From an uncultured Nitrososphaerota archaeon (GTDB lineage Archaea > Thermoproteota > Methanomethylicia > Nezhaarchaeales > B40-G2): DNA of 64,000 nt. Where the stretch lies: positions 19,966 to 83,965 of the forward strand of contig CAZVDL010000002.1 of assembly GCA_964626365.1 (NCBI GenBank), read 5' to 3'. The position numbers and the translations under genes are program-made. The notes beneath the pieces are model-generated. The model had not been told where the DNA came from. It saw nothing but the letters and a program-made list of their open reading frames with translations, and searched no databases. Numbering within the stretch: the stretch's first letter is position 1; each line of letters starts with the position of its first letter. Below, one piece after another: positions 46,995 to 55,967 of the stretch.

Positions 46995-47408
46995 TTACAT
47001 GAAGGCTCTAAGCCACTTGTAAGCTATAAGCACGAAGAGTATTAAGAAACCCAACGTGACTATTAACGCTGGTAGTGAACCTTGGTTGGACGTGAAGCCT
47101 ATTATGAGGGGGAAGGGCCATATGAACACCGCTGAGCCAGAACTTACCTGTGTCTCAAGCAAGCCGGGTAAGGCTGTTATTAATATCATCCCTGATATTA
47201 TCATTGCTAGCCCTAAGGCCAGCATTATCTTCGTCATTAGGGGCGGCGTGAACGTAGAGGTTATCTGTTCTCTTCTAACGAGGGAGGTCTCGTAGCACGG
47301 CTTACATAACCAGGTGGCTGGGTCAAAGCATTCGGGGCAGACACGCCTAGAACAGCGTCTACATACGTAGGCGGCATCCTCTCTTCCACATACCTCACAA
47401 CGAGCCAT
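46995..47408 (-). CDS. Zinc-ribbon (CEVCG...CRRCSRRVCPEC...CKPC) membrane protein
   Basis: A 137-aa ORF with an N-terminal Cys-rich zinc ribbon and two C-terminal TM helices. It lies between the two 54-bp repeat copies. Confidence 0.4.
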   Translation of the reverse strand: MARCEVCGREDAAYVCRRCSRRVCPECFDPATWLCKPCYETSLVRREQITSTFTPPLMTKIMLALGLAMIISGMILITALPGLLETQVSSGSAVFIWPFPLIIGFTSNQGSLPALIVTLGFLILFVLIAYKWLRAFM

Positions 47409-47449
47409 CTAAATCACTAGCCGCGGGAACCTAAGAAAAGCTTTACCGA

Positions 47450-48895
47450 TTATAGAGCTCTTTCCCAGGCTTGAGTCGTTAAAAGCGATAAAACAGGAGT
47501 TAACTCCAGCCTCCCCATCCACATACACGCTATCAAGGTCAGCTTCGAAGCAGCGTCCAGCTTAAGGAGGTCGATGAAGGCTGGGCCCACTCCGCCCTCG
47601 GCAGAGAGGGCGGCGGACAAAGCCGAGGTGAAGCTTAGGTTCTGGTGAGTTAGAATTAAGGCAGCGGCTGCGGCGATAGCGAGGTAGAGCGCGAAGAAGC
47701 AGGCTATCCTCAATAGGTCCTCCTTCTCGATGACCCTACCTCCGACCTTCAGCGAGGTTACAGCTTCTCGTGGAAGTAACGTCTTTAAAGTCTCTAACCG
47801 GACGAGCTTAGCTAGTATTACAGCTCTAGCCACCTTAACTCCACCTGCCGTGGAGCAGAGACAGCCGCCCACGAGCATTAGGCACATCAATATCCACTTT
47901 GAGGCCTCTGGGAGGAGGTTTACGTCGAAGCTAGTGTAGCCGGTTGTCGTGGATATGGAGGCTACTTGGAAGTACGCTAGCCTTAACGCCTTGGCCAGGG
48001 GTAGGTGCCCATTAAATACTAGGTCAAGGGTGACCATAATCGTCGAGGCGGCTAAGATAGCCAGCATGGCCCTAAGCTCGATGTTACTCAATGCCTCTTT
48101 GACTCTCCCCCTAAGTACCATTAGGTGGACGTGGAAGTTAATAGCGCCGATGACCATGAAGACAGCTAGTACGGCCTCCACTGCTGAGCTATGAAAAGCC
48201 TCTATGTTTAAGCTACGCGTCGAGAAGCCGCCTGTAGCTAGAGCTGTAAAGGCGTGGCATATGGCGTCGAAGGAGCTCAAGCCTACCATAACCAGCAGTA
48301 AGGCGCATAGCGCTGTATAGGCTACGTAGATAAGCCAGATGTCTCTAACGGTGTCCCAGGCCTTAACCGTCAACCTCTCCTCTCTAGCTTCAGCTACATA
48401 TAGCCTCCAGACCCCTACCCCCTTGGGGGCTATAAGCAGAATAAAGAACAGCACGACCCCTCCTCCCCCAAGCCACTGGGTTAAGGCCCTCCAGAACAAG
48501 ATCGACCTAGGTAAGTTCTCAAGCTTGGGGATCAGCGTCATACCTGTAGCCGTGAATCCAGACATGGCCTCAAAGTAAGAGTCCAACGGACCCAGAACTC
48601 CTCCCAGCGTAAAGGGTAGAGCGCCTATGCCAGCCACAAGCAGCCAGCTAAGCGCTGAGAAAATGAGGGCTTGGGGTACACTAATCTCCTCGGCTAGAGG
48701 CCACCTACGTGAAGCCACGTAGCCTAAAAGAGCTAGCGTTACGGAGGGGACCATGAAGGACTTAAGCGCAACTATGTTTTCACCATAATAGACGCCCACC
48801 ATGGCTGGGACTAGTAAGATAAGACCTAGGAGTAAACATAGCCTGGAGAATAGACCCATTAAGACGGATCTTAGGGGCTTCCTGCCTTTACCCAC
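47450..48895 (-). CDS. trkH: TrkH/KtrB-family potassium transporter membrane subunit
   Basis: It has multiple M-P-M repeats with selectivity-filter-like GFSTR, TTTGYTS and STAGGVK motifs. Confidence 0.8.
   Translation of the reverse strand: MGKGRKPLRSVLMGLFSRLCLLLGLILLVPAMVGVYYGENIVALKSFMVPSVTLALLGYVASRRWPLAEEISVPQALIFSALSWLLVAGIGALPFTLGGVLGPLDSYFEAMSGFTATGMTLIPKLENLPRSILFWRALTQWLGGGGVVLFFILLIAPKGVGVWRLYVAEAREERLTVKAWDTVRDIWLIYVAYTALCALLLVMVGLSSFDAICHAFTALATGGFSTRSLNIEAFHSSAVEAVLAVFMVIGAINFHVHLMVLRGRVKEALSNIELRAMLAILAASTIMVTLDLVFNGHLPLAKALRLAYFQVASISTTTGYTSFDVNLLPEASKWILMCLMLVGGCLCSTAGGVKVARAVILAKLVRLETLKTLLPREAVTSLKVGGRVIEKEDLLRIACFFALYLAIAAAAALILTHQNLSFTSALSAALSAEGGVGPAFIDLLKLDAASKLTLIACMWMGRLELTPVLSLLTTQAWERAL
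47954..48007. repeat. 54-bp direct repeat, copy 2 (within trkH coding sequence)
   Basis: It is identical to 46788..46841 and encodes ...HLPLAKALRLAYFQVASI of TrkH on the minus strand. Confidence 0.85.
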
Positions 48896-48996
48896 GGCCC
48901 CCCTAACTTTGAGAGAAGCTTAAAAAGGTTTAACTTGAGGTTGCCGTGAAGCAGCCAAGCTAAGTTTAAGAGAGGTGGATAGTGAGTTGTTGATAT

Positions 48997-49806
48997 ATGT
49001 GTAGGTTATTCATATTTGCGTGTAGGCCTCAAGGACTTGCTAAGCTAGCTAGCTTAATGGAACTCTTCGTCGAGGCCTCTATGGAAGACCCTTACCTCAT
49101 GGAGGCCTCTGGCTCAAGGAGCCATGGAGATGGGTGGGGTTATGCTGTAGCCTACGTAGATGATGGCAGGACCACCGTTGACTTCTATAAGACATCAAGG
49201 CAGATATGGTCTGAGAGAGATAGACTTAGGGAGCTTATAGAGAGATTTAAAGGTCATAGTTCAATCTACGGCTTACTACATTCTAGGAAGGCTGGAAGTA
49301 CAGAGCCTATAGGGGAGGAGCATAGTCACCCTTACCGCTATAGCTTAAACGGCCAGGAAATGTTCTTTATACATAACGGAGGCGTAGATAAGTATAGGTT
49401 GGCCGAGGAAGTAGGTTTCAAAGATCCTGGGAGCGTAACGGATTCCTACTTAGCTGGACTATACTTGATGAATAGCCTACGTGGAGGTTTAAGCGTAGTT
49501 GAGGCTTACCGTAAACTTCTAGCCTACACTAAGTCAGCTTTGAACACGGGGGTTCTATTTATGGATGCTAAACGTGGGTATGTTGACTTGTACGCTGCTT
49601 CCTTTATAGCTCAGAGGGATGAACCACGCTTAAAGTACTATGCGCTTTACCATGTTGACCTTGAAGGTTTATCTACTGTCTTTTCGTCAACTATAGCCTC
49701 CTTAGCTGAGCAGCGAGGATTAGCCTCACCGACGAAGATCGAGGAGGGGAGGTTGTTGAAGTTGACCGTGGATGGAGAGGTTACAAGCTACTCGTTGGCC
49801 TTATGA
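48997..49806 (+). CDS. Class II (Ntn-type) glutamine amidotransferase-domain protein
   Basis: Its N-terminus is Met-Cys (MCRLF...) with a GATase-II fold pattern. Confidence 0.6.
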   Translation: MCRLFIFACRPQGLAKLASLMELFVEASMEDPYLMEASGSRSHGDGWGYAVAYVDDGRTTVDFYKTSRQIWSERDRLRELIERFKGHSSIYGLLHSRKAGSTEPIGEEHSHPYRYSLNGQEMFFIHNGGVDKYRLAEEVGFKDPGSVTDSYLAGLYLMNSLRGGLSVVEAYRKLLAYTKSALNTGVLFMDAKRGYVDLYAASFIAQRDEPRLKYYALYHVDLEGLSTVFSSTIASLAEQRGLASPTKIEEGRLLKLTVDGEVTSYSLAL

Positions 49807-49858
49807 ACGGTTAAAACAGAAATAGGCGCATCCATGGTGGATATCGGGGTCTAATTTC

Positions 49859-51226
49859 TTGAGTTATGAGGAGCTCGAGGTACACGAGCTAGCTGAGTTA
49901 ATTAAGAGGGAGAAGGAGTTAGCTGCTGACCTGGCCAAGAAGGTCAACCCTAAGGATCTACCTCACGTATTGCTCAGGCTTCATCTTAGCGATAGGAGGA
50001 GGCTCATCTCGGTCCTTCCTGACGAACTGCTCAAAGCACTCCTTATAGAGTCCCCTACAGAGCTATTGGTCGAGCTGGTCAACGTACTGGGCGCTGAGGA
50101 TTTCATTAAGCTTCTAAGTGAGCTACCGTTGGATGAAGTCTCCGACGTATTAAGTAGACTGCCTTCTAAGGAGAGAGGGCTTGTAATCGAGCGACTACCT
50201 GAGGATAGATTAAACAAGCTCAAGCCTCTGCTCGCACATTCGCTTGGCACAGCTGGAGCCTTAATGACCACGCAAATCCCTATCTTTAGGGCTGACGAGG
50301 AAGTGGAGAGAGTTATTGAGGTTTTCATATCTAGGGTACGGTCTAAGGTCTATTACTCCGATCATTATGTCTACGCCGTGGACGGTGAAGGTAGGCTTGT
50401 GGGCTTTCTTAGCGCCAGCGAACTGATGGCTGCGCCTAGAGGTAAAAAACTCGGAGAGGTGGTTAGGCCGCCGATTAAGGTAGTTAGGCCCAAGGCTGAT
50501 AGGGAGGAGGTGGCCTTAACCATGGTTAAATACGACTTGATGGAGCTCCCCGTAGTGGATGATGAGGGCAGACTCCTGGGAGTTGTGACCTTCGACGATG
50601 CCGCCGACGTACTCCTTAGCAGGCACGCTAAGGACCTTGAAAGGTTTGGTGGCTTTACAAGAGAGGTGAAGGCCCCCTACCTAGCGGCTAAGGTCGAGTC
50701 CCTGATAGAGAAGAGGTCGCTCTGCCTTATAGCTCTCTGCCTGCTCGAAGCCATAACAGTCAATGTCTTAAGTTTCTTTGAAAGCGTGATATCCGCGGTA
50801 GTCGCTCTCTCCTTCTTCATCCCTCTGCTATGCGATATAGGAGGGAACTCAGGCTCTCAGACAGCTTCCTTCGTGATTAGGAGCTTAGCCACGGGCGACG
50901 TGAGCATCCACGACGCTTTAAGGATCGCTACTAAGGAGGCTATCGTGTCCTTGGGACTAGGCTTGACGCTGTCTCCCGTACTCTTCGCCCTAGGCTATGC
51001 TATCACCTGGAATGCGAGGATCGCTCTGCTTCTGTCCATTGTGGTGGTGGCTATAGTGTTCGTAGCCAGCATGGTTGGCGGCCTCCTACCCTTAATATCG
51101 GTTAGGCTAGGTCTGGATCCAGCGGCCTCTTCGGCCCCCTTAATAACCACGATAGCCGATATCGTAGGCCTTACCCTCTACTTCACCATGGCCTCGCTCT
51201 GGGTGCTACCAGCAGGCTTGGCTTAA
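49859..51226 (+). CDS. mgtE: Magnesium transporter MgtE (N-domain, CBS pair, TM domain)
   Basis: It has a CBS pair region and the TM-domain motif PLLCDIGGNSGSQTASFVIR. Confidence 0.85.
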   Translation: MSYEELEVHELAELIKREKELAADLAKKVNPKDLPHVLLRLHLSDRRRLISVLPDELLKALLIESPTELLVELVNVLGAEDFIKLLSELPLDEVSDVLSRLPSKERGLVIERLPEDRLNKLKPLLAHSLGTAGALMTTQIPIFRADEEVERVIEVFISRVRSKVYYSDHYVYAVDGEGRLVGFLSASELMAAPRGKKLGEVVRPPIKVVRPKADREEVALTMVKYDLMELPVVDDEGRLLGVVTFDDAADVLLSRHAKDLERFGGFTREVKAPYLAAKVESLIEKRSLCLIALCLLEAITVNVLSFFESVISAVVALSFFIPLLCDIGGNSGSQTASFVIRSLATGDVSIHDALRIATKEAIVSLGLGLTLSPVLFALGYAITWNARIALLLSIVVVAIVFVASMVGGLLPLISVRLGLDPAASSAPLITTIADIVGLTLYFTMASLWVLPAGLA

Positions 51227-51296
51227 CACTTCTTGTCAACTCCGTAGGTGTTCAATAACCCTTAAATATAGGCTCCTTGATGAAAGATTCTTCAAG

Positions 51297-52352
51297 TTGA
51301 GGTTTCTTGCTCTCTTCGTCGCCTTAGCCACGGTCCTAGTCTATGCTCAGCCTTCAGTTCACTTTGAGCCCTCCCTAGTTAAGGCGCATCCAGGCGAAGT
51401 CTTGGAACTGTCGATAATCGTGGATCCTGGAGGGCTAGGTGTAAGCGCGGGTGAGTTTCGCGTGTCCTACCCTTCAGGTGCCTTTGAGGTCTTAGAGGTC
51501 ATGCCTGGCTCCTTCTTCGGTAATGAACCAGTTGTTGGACTTAAGGCCGTAGAGGACGGCTTAATTAAACTTGCCGTAGCTAGGAGGGGGGTTACCGTTA
51601 AACCTACGCCTAAGGGTACAGGCTTAATCATAGCCTTCAAGGTGGTTGAGGGCGCTGCTAGCGGAGAGTACGAGGTTAAGCTGGTTAAGGTGGACCTTGT
51701 AGATGAATCATTTAACAGGATTAAAGATGTAAAGGTGGTAGGAGGCTGTAAAGTAGTCGTTGAGGAGGCTCCAAGTCGAGGTTGTTTAGTAGCTACCGCA
51801 GCTTTCAGTACCGAGCTGGCTGGGCCTGTCCAGTTTCTAAGGTCTTTTAGGGACGAAGTTGTAATGAACACTTTCACCGGTAGATGCTTCATGGAGGTTT
51901 TTAACGCTTGGTACTATTCATGGTCACCTTACGTAGCTAGGGTGGAGCGAGAATATGAGCCACTAAGGCAAATGATAAAGTACATGATATACCCATTGAT
52001 AGGGGTGCTCCACGTGGCTGTTGCGGCCTATAAACCATTAAGCTTCAACTCTGAATTAGCTATCATAGTAGTTGGTTTAATTGCGAGCTCATTAATAAGC
52101 CTCGTGTACTTTACACCTCTCGTTAGCTTGTCGTTAATGATAATGCATAAATCCATAAAGCATGGCTACATAAAAGCCTCGGTCTATACATGGCTGCTTA
52201 GTCTACTAACAACCTGTCTTGGAGCAGCTTTTCACCTAACATTATTGGCGCACGCAGCTACGGCTTTGCTAGTTTTGGCCACCATAGCCTTAACGGTCCT
52301 TCTCGTAACTAAGGCCTTGGAGCTTACTAAGGCATACCTAAAATACACTTGA
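51297..52352 (+). CDS. Secreted protein with Ig/cohesin-like domain followed by a multi-TM C-terminal region
   Basis: It has a signal peptide, a beta-rich ~160-aa domain, a GCLVATAAFSTELAGPVQFLRSFRDEV motif, then 4-5 hydrophobic helices. Confidence 0.4.
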   Translation: MRFLALFVALATVLVYAQPSVHFEPSLVKAHPGEVLELSIIVDPGGLGVSAGEFRVSYPSGAFEVLEVMPGSFFGNEPVVGLKAVEDGLIKLAVARRGVTVKPTPKGTGLIIAFKVVEGAASGEYEVKLVKVDLVDESFNRIKDVKVVGGCKVVVEEAPSRGCLVATAAFSTELAGPVQFLRSFRDEVVMNTFTGRCFMEVFNAWYYSWSPYVARVEREYEPLRQMIKYMIYPLIGVLHVAVAAYKPLSFNSELAIIVVGLIASSLISLVYFTPLVSLSLMIMHKSIKHGYIKASVYTWLLSLLTTCLGAAFHLTLLAHAATALLVLATIALTVLLVTKALELTKAYLKYT

Positions 52353-52462
52353 TTTTAAGATGGAGAGCTAATCTTAAAGTCTCTACTAGGTCTCCAAATT
52401 AAACCATGGAGTTATAGACTTTAACGATCTTAGACGGTCAGTAAGGTAAGTAGATGAGTTGA

Positions 52463-52537
52463 TGCCCCCGCCGGGATTTGAACCCGGGCCGCCGGCTCGA
52501 GAGGCCGGTATACTTAACCGGGCTATACTACGGGGGC
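52463..52537 (-). tRNA. tRNA-Glu (anticodon CUC), no intron
   Basis: The reverse complement gives GCCCCCG UA GUAU AGCCCGGUUAA GUAU A CCGGC CUCUCGA GCCGG CGGC CCGGG UUCAAAU CCCGG CGGGGGC A. Confidence 0.8.
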
Positions 52538-52602
52538 CTACAGGCTAGGAAGCGAAGCTTCTTTAAAATTTTACCCAGTTTGAAACGTATCAGGGCGTTA
52601 CC

Positions 52603-52830
52603 TTGAAGTTAAAATATCCATCGAACAGGGAGATAGCTGAGACGATAAGGGAGGTTTTAAGTGACCCTCTTTTAAGGCCGGAGGTCTTCGTGGACAGGGT
52701 TAAGGAATCACTGAGGCAGCGTGGCCTTCAGCCAAGCCTTGTTACTCCAAGACGTGTCTGGAGGCTTTACGAGGAGATGGTTAAGCGCAAAGTTATACTT
52801 GACGTGTTAGGTGTAGTAGAAAAGCTTTAG
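52603..52830 (+). CDS. Small hypothetical protein between two tRNA genes
   Basis: A 75-aa ORF whose coding status is uncertain. Confidence 0.25.
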   Translation: MKLKYPSNREIAETIREVLSDPLLRPEVFVDRVKESLRQRGLQPSLVTPRRVWRLYEEMVKRKVILDVLGVVEKL

Positions 52831-52857
52831 CCCCCCTCACAGCAACCATTTCATAGC

Positions 52858-52969
52858 GCCGGGGTCGCCTAGCCTGGTCTAGGGCGCCGGACTCATAATC
52901 AGATGAGGCTGAGGCCAGGCGCCTGCATGGGGTATCCGGTCATCGCGGGTTCGAATCCCGCCCCCGGCA
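52858..52969 (+). tRNA. tRNA-Met (anticodon CAU, elongator-type; tRNA-Ile2 not excluded) with ~36-nt canonical intron
   Basis: The sequence reads GCCGGGG UC GCCU AGCCUGGUCUA GGGC G CCGGA CUCAUA[intron]A UCCGG UCAUC GCGGG UUCGAAU CCCGC CCCCGGC A. Confidence 0.75.
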
Positions 52970-53219
52970 CATCTTTACTCTGCTACTCATTACTACTCCT
53001 TGGGAGTGTAGGCCATGCAGGAGGGGGTCTCCTTCACCCATAAACCATAGTACTCGCACCAGTATGTTCCATCGGGCCTAGTCTTTCTAGCTTTAAGGCA
53101 GTTGTGGCACGAGAGCTCGTAGGGCATGGCTCTAAGCACCATATTACCTTCCCTTATAGGGGTTTTAAGCCTTACCTCAAAAACCTTAATAATTCTATTA
53201 AAGGAGTCTAAGTAGATAC

Positions 53220-53561
53220 TTGGGCGTGCTTTTAAGGTGGGTGTTGGTGGGTCAACGTAAAAGCTTTGAGCAACTCTTACTTGAAGCTATTGAGGAGGCT
53301 CTCTCGCTGTTCGGCGGGAGCGTTAAGGAGGTGGTGTTATTTTATTGTTCAACTAAACACGGGGTTTCAAGGGAGCAGCTTCCAGTTAAGTTGAACTCCT
53401 TTGTTAAGTGTTTAGAGGAGATCTTTAGCTATGCCTCCAGAGCGATAGAGATGCAAGTGGCTTCACGCCTCTACGCTAAGTTAGGCTTAAGCTTTGTTCA
53501 TCGAAAGGATAGGCGGCTAATAGACTACGTCGAGGAGGCTAGGAGGAGATATGAGGGCTGA
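53220..53561 (+). CDS. Small conserved protein, overlapping and probably co-translated with the KaiC-like ATPase; paralog of 9303..9569
   Basis: It shares the pattern with ORF 9303..9569, and its stop overlaps the start of the next gene by 11 nt. Confidence 0.45.
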   Translation: MGVLLRWVLVGQRKSFEQLLLEAIEEALSLFGGSVKEVVLFYCSTKHGVSREQLPVKLNSFVKCLEEIFSYASRAIEMQVASRLYAKLGLSFVHRKDRRLIDYVEEARRRYEG

Positions 53562-54990
53562 GTCCATACTGAGTTTCGGTGAACCTCTCCTCGACGAGCT
53601 CTTAGGGGGCCTACGTAGAGGCAGCTTAGTTTTAATCGCTGGCAATCCAGGGACCGGCAAGACCATATTCTCAGCCCAGTGTACATACCGCAACGTAATA
53701 GACTTGGGGCTTAAGGCGGTGTATGTATCCATGGCTGAACCTAAACACGTGTTCTATCAATGTATGCAGGCGCTGGGCATGGACTTTAAGCCCCTAGAAG
53801 ATGAAGGCAAGTTTAGGTTCTTAGATCTAGCCTCCCCCATGGATCCTACGCTAATGGAGGGTATGCTGGAGGAGGCATTAAAGGAGGCGCTGTCGCTTAA
53901 AGCTGATCTTCTCGTGCTAGACTCGTTGAGTGCCGTCCTTCAACTGCTTGGACGTGAAAGGACCAGGAGCCTCGTGCACTCCCTGTTTACAAGGGTGGTC
54001 AGGGCAGCTGGCATAACCACCATAGCCATAGTTGAGGTCCCTAAGGGCTCTAAAAGAATGGGCTTTGGGGTTGAGGAGTTCATAGCCGATGTAGTACTAC
54101 TCCTGGGGAGGAGGGAGATTGAAGCTAGGCTTGGTAGGGAGCTCGAGATTGTGAAGGCTAGGGGGGCTGAGGTTAAGCATCCTAGACTCATCTACACGCT
54201 CCATGGAGGCTTCAAGCTCCTGCCACCCATGAAGAACTGGAGGATGAAGGCAGCTGAGCGCTTTAAGCCCATTGAGCCCAGAGGAGACCGCTACTCCACT
54301 GGGATAACCGATTTAGACGAGGTTTTAGGCGGTTACCCTAAGGGCGGAGTCGTATATCTGGAGGTTGGAGAAAACATTGAGACCTCTCAATACCACCTCT
54401 TCGCGGCACCGCCATTAATCAACTTCACCGCGATGGGTAAGGGGGTCATAGTGTTCCCGAGCATGGGCATAGATGCTAGCGTGGTTTACAGGGTTGGAAA
54501 AGAGTACGGCTTAACGGATGAGGAGTTCAAGTTTAAGATGAGGGTAGTTCAACCCAGGGCCCTTAAAACCAAGGAACTGAAGGAGAGATGGCTAGTTGAA
54601 GTTGAGGGTAGAAGCTTTGAGGACGACTACAACGTCTGGCTCAACTCCGTTAGGAGTCTCCAAGAGTCCACAGGAAGCCACGAAGTGTGTGCCTTTATGG
54701 GTGCTGACAATATCTACTATTATTATGGTGAGGAACCCCTATATCGTTTCTTAAGCTTAGAGTCCTTAAGGACGAGGATGGAGGGCGGCCTTCTCTTAGT
54801 GGTGACGAAGCCTGGCCTTGAACCCAGGATAATTAAGGTGATCTCCAACGTCTCCAACATACATTTGAAGCTGGTTAGGCGTAGGGGGGCATTGTTGATC
54901 TATGGAATTAAGCCTAGGACTGAGCTCTACGCCGTGTTAGTCGACCTATCGAAGGGCTATGCGATGCCTAAGCTAATCCCCGTGGTCTAG
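53551..54990 (+). CDS. KaiC/RecA-superfamily tandem-domain ATPase (first domain intact Walker A/B, second domain degenerate)
   Basis: Domain 1 has GNPGTGKT and DLLVLDSLS. Domain 2 has GGVVYLEVGENIETSQ, where the P-loop lysine is lost. Confidence 0.7.
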   Translation: MRAESILSFGEPLLDELLGGLRRGSLVLIAGNPGTGKTIFSAQCTYRNVIDLGLKAVYVSMAEPKHVFYQCMQALGMDFKPLEDEGKFRFLDLASPMDPTLMEGMLEEALKEALSLKADLLVLDSLSAVLQLLGRERTRSLVHSLFTRVVRAAGITTIAIVEVPKGSKRMGFGVEEFIADVVLLLGRREIEARLGRELEIVKARGAEVKHPRLIYTLHGGFKLLPPMKNWRMKAAERFKPIEPRGDRYSTGITDLDEVLGGYPKGGVVYLEVGENIETSQYHLFAAPPLINFTAMGKGVIVFPSMGIDASVVYRVGKEYGLTDEEFKFKMRVVQPRALKTKELKERWLVEVEGRSFEDDYNVWLNSVRSLQESTGSHEVCAFMGADNIYYYYGEEPLYRFLSLESLRTRMEGGLLLVVTKPGLEPRIIKVISNVSNIHLKLVRRRGALLIYGIKPRTELYAVLVDLSKGYAMPKLIPVV

Positions 54991-55691
54991 CTCTCCAATG
55001 ATTTGCCCTTGACCAGCTTTTTAACGACCCCTGAAGTTGAGCCTACGTAAACCACGTCCACCATATTGACAAATATGCCCACCTCCACGACGCCGGGCAG
55101 CCGCTTAATACTCTGCTCGAGCTCAGTAGGCTTTTCTATAGGAGGAAACCTGGCGTCTATGATGAAGTTCCCGTTGTCCGTAACGACAGGGCCGTCCTTA
55201 ACCTCGCCCGCCAGCCTGAGTTTAGGCTCTCCGCCTAGCTCCTTTAACTTCCTCGAGACGTATCGCTGAGCGAAAGGTAGTACTTCCACGGGTACCGGCT
55301 TAGTCTCTCCTAACCTTTTAACTACCTTAGACTCATCCACAACTATGATCAACCTCTTAGCGGCGGAATCTACAACTTTTTCCCTCGCCAGCGCCGCTCC
55401 CATACCTTTAATTAAGTTGAGGTTCTCGTCTACCTCGTCGGCGCCGTCGACGGCCAAGTCCAACTCCACAGCCTCCTCTAGGGTGGTTAACGGTATGCCG
55501 CTCTCTATGGCCTTTAAATATGCTTGATACGAGGTGGGGACTCCCTTAATTCTTAACCCCTCCTTCACCCTCCTCCCAAGGGCCTCTATAAAGTAGGCCG
55601 TGGTGGACCCTGTACCGAGACCTATAGTCATCCCGTCCTCAACGAGCTCTAAGGCGGCTAGGGCTGCGGCCTGCTTAGCCTTCTCAGACAT
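54987..55691 (-). CDS. rpiA: Ribose-5-phosphate isomerase A
   Basis: It has GLGTGST, DGADE and KGMGAALAREK motifs. I place the start at the internal Met (MSEKAKQAA..), whereas the track ORF extends to 55766. Confidence 0.8.
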   Translation of the reverse strand: MSEKAKQAAALAALELVEDGMTIGLGTGSTTAYFIEALGRRVKEGLRIKGVPTSYQAYLKAIESGIPLTTLEEAVELDLAVDGADEVDENLNLIKGMGAALAREKVVDSAAKRLIIVVDESKVVKRLGETKPVPVEVLPFAQRYVSRKLKELGGEPKLRLAGEVKDGPVVTDNGNFIIDARFPPIEKPTELEQSIKRLPGVVEVGIFVNMVDVVYVGSTSGVVKKLVKGKSLES

Positions 55692-55967
55692 CTCTTCCCC
55701 TCCTAGCCCATAAACCCTTGTAGGCAGTATATTTCGTCTTGGTACCTCTTCATAAACCTTGGACACTTAGCGCACTCAGTAACTAGCACGACGTTGCCGT
55801 CCTCGGGGCAAACTAGAACCTCCAAGTCTACCACCCTAAACCTCTCCGGGTCGGGGTCTGAGCCGTAAGACTTAATGAAGTCGTCGAGTAATAGCGGAGG
55901 GCTCAGGAGGTCATGGAGGTCTAGCACGATTCTCAGCCTTCTTACTCTCACCCTTCTAACCTCCAAT

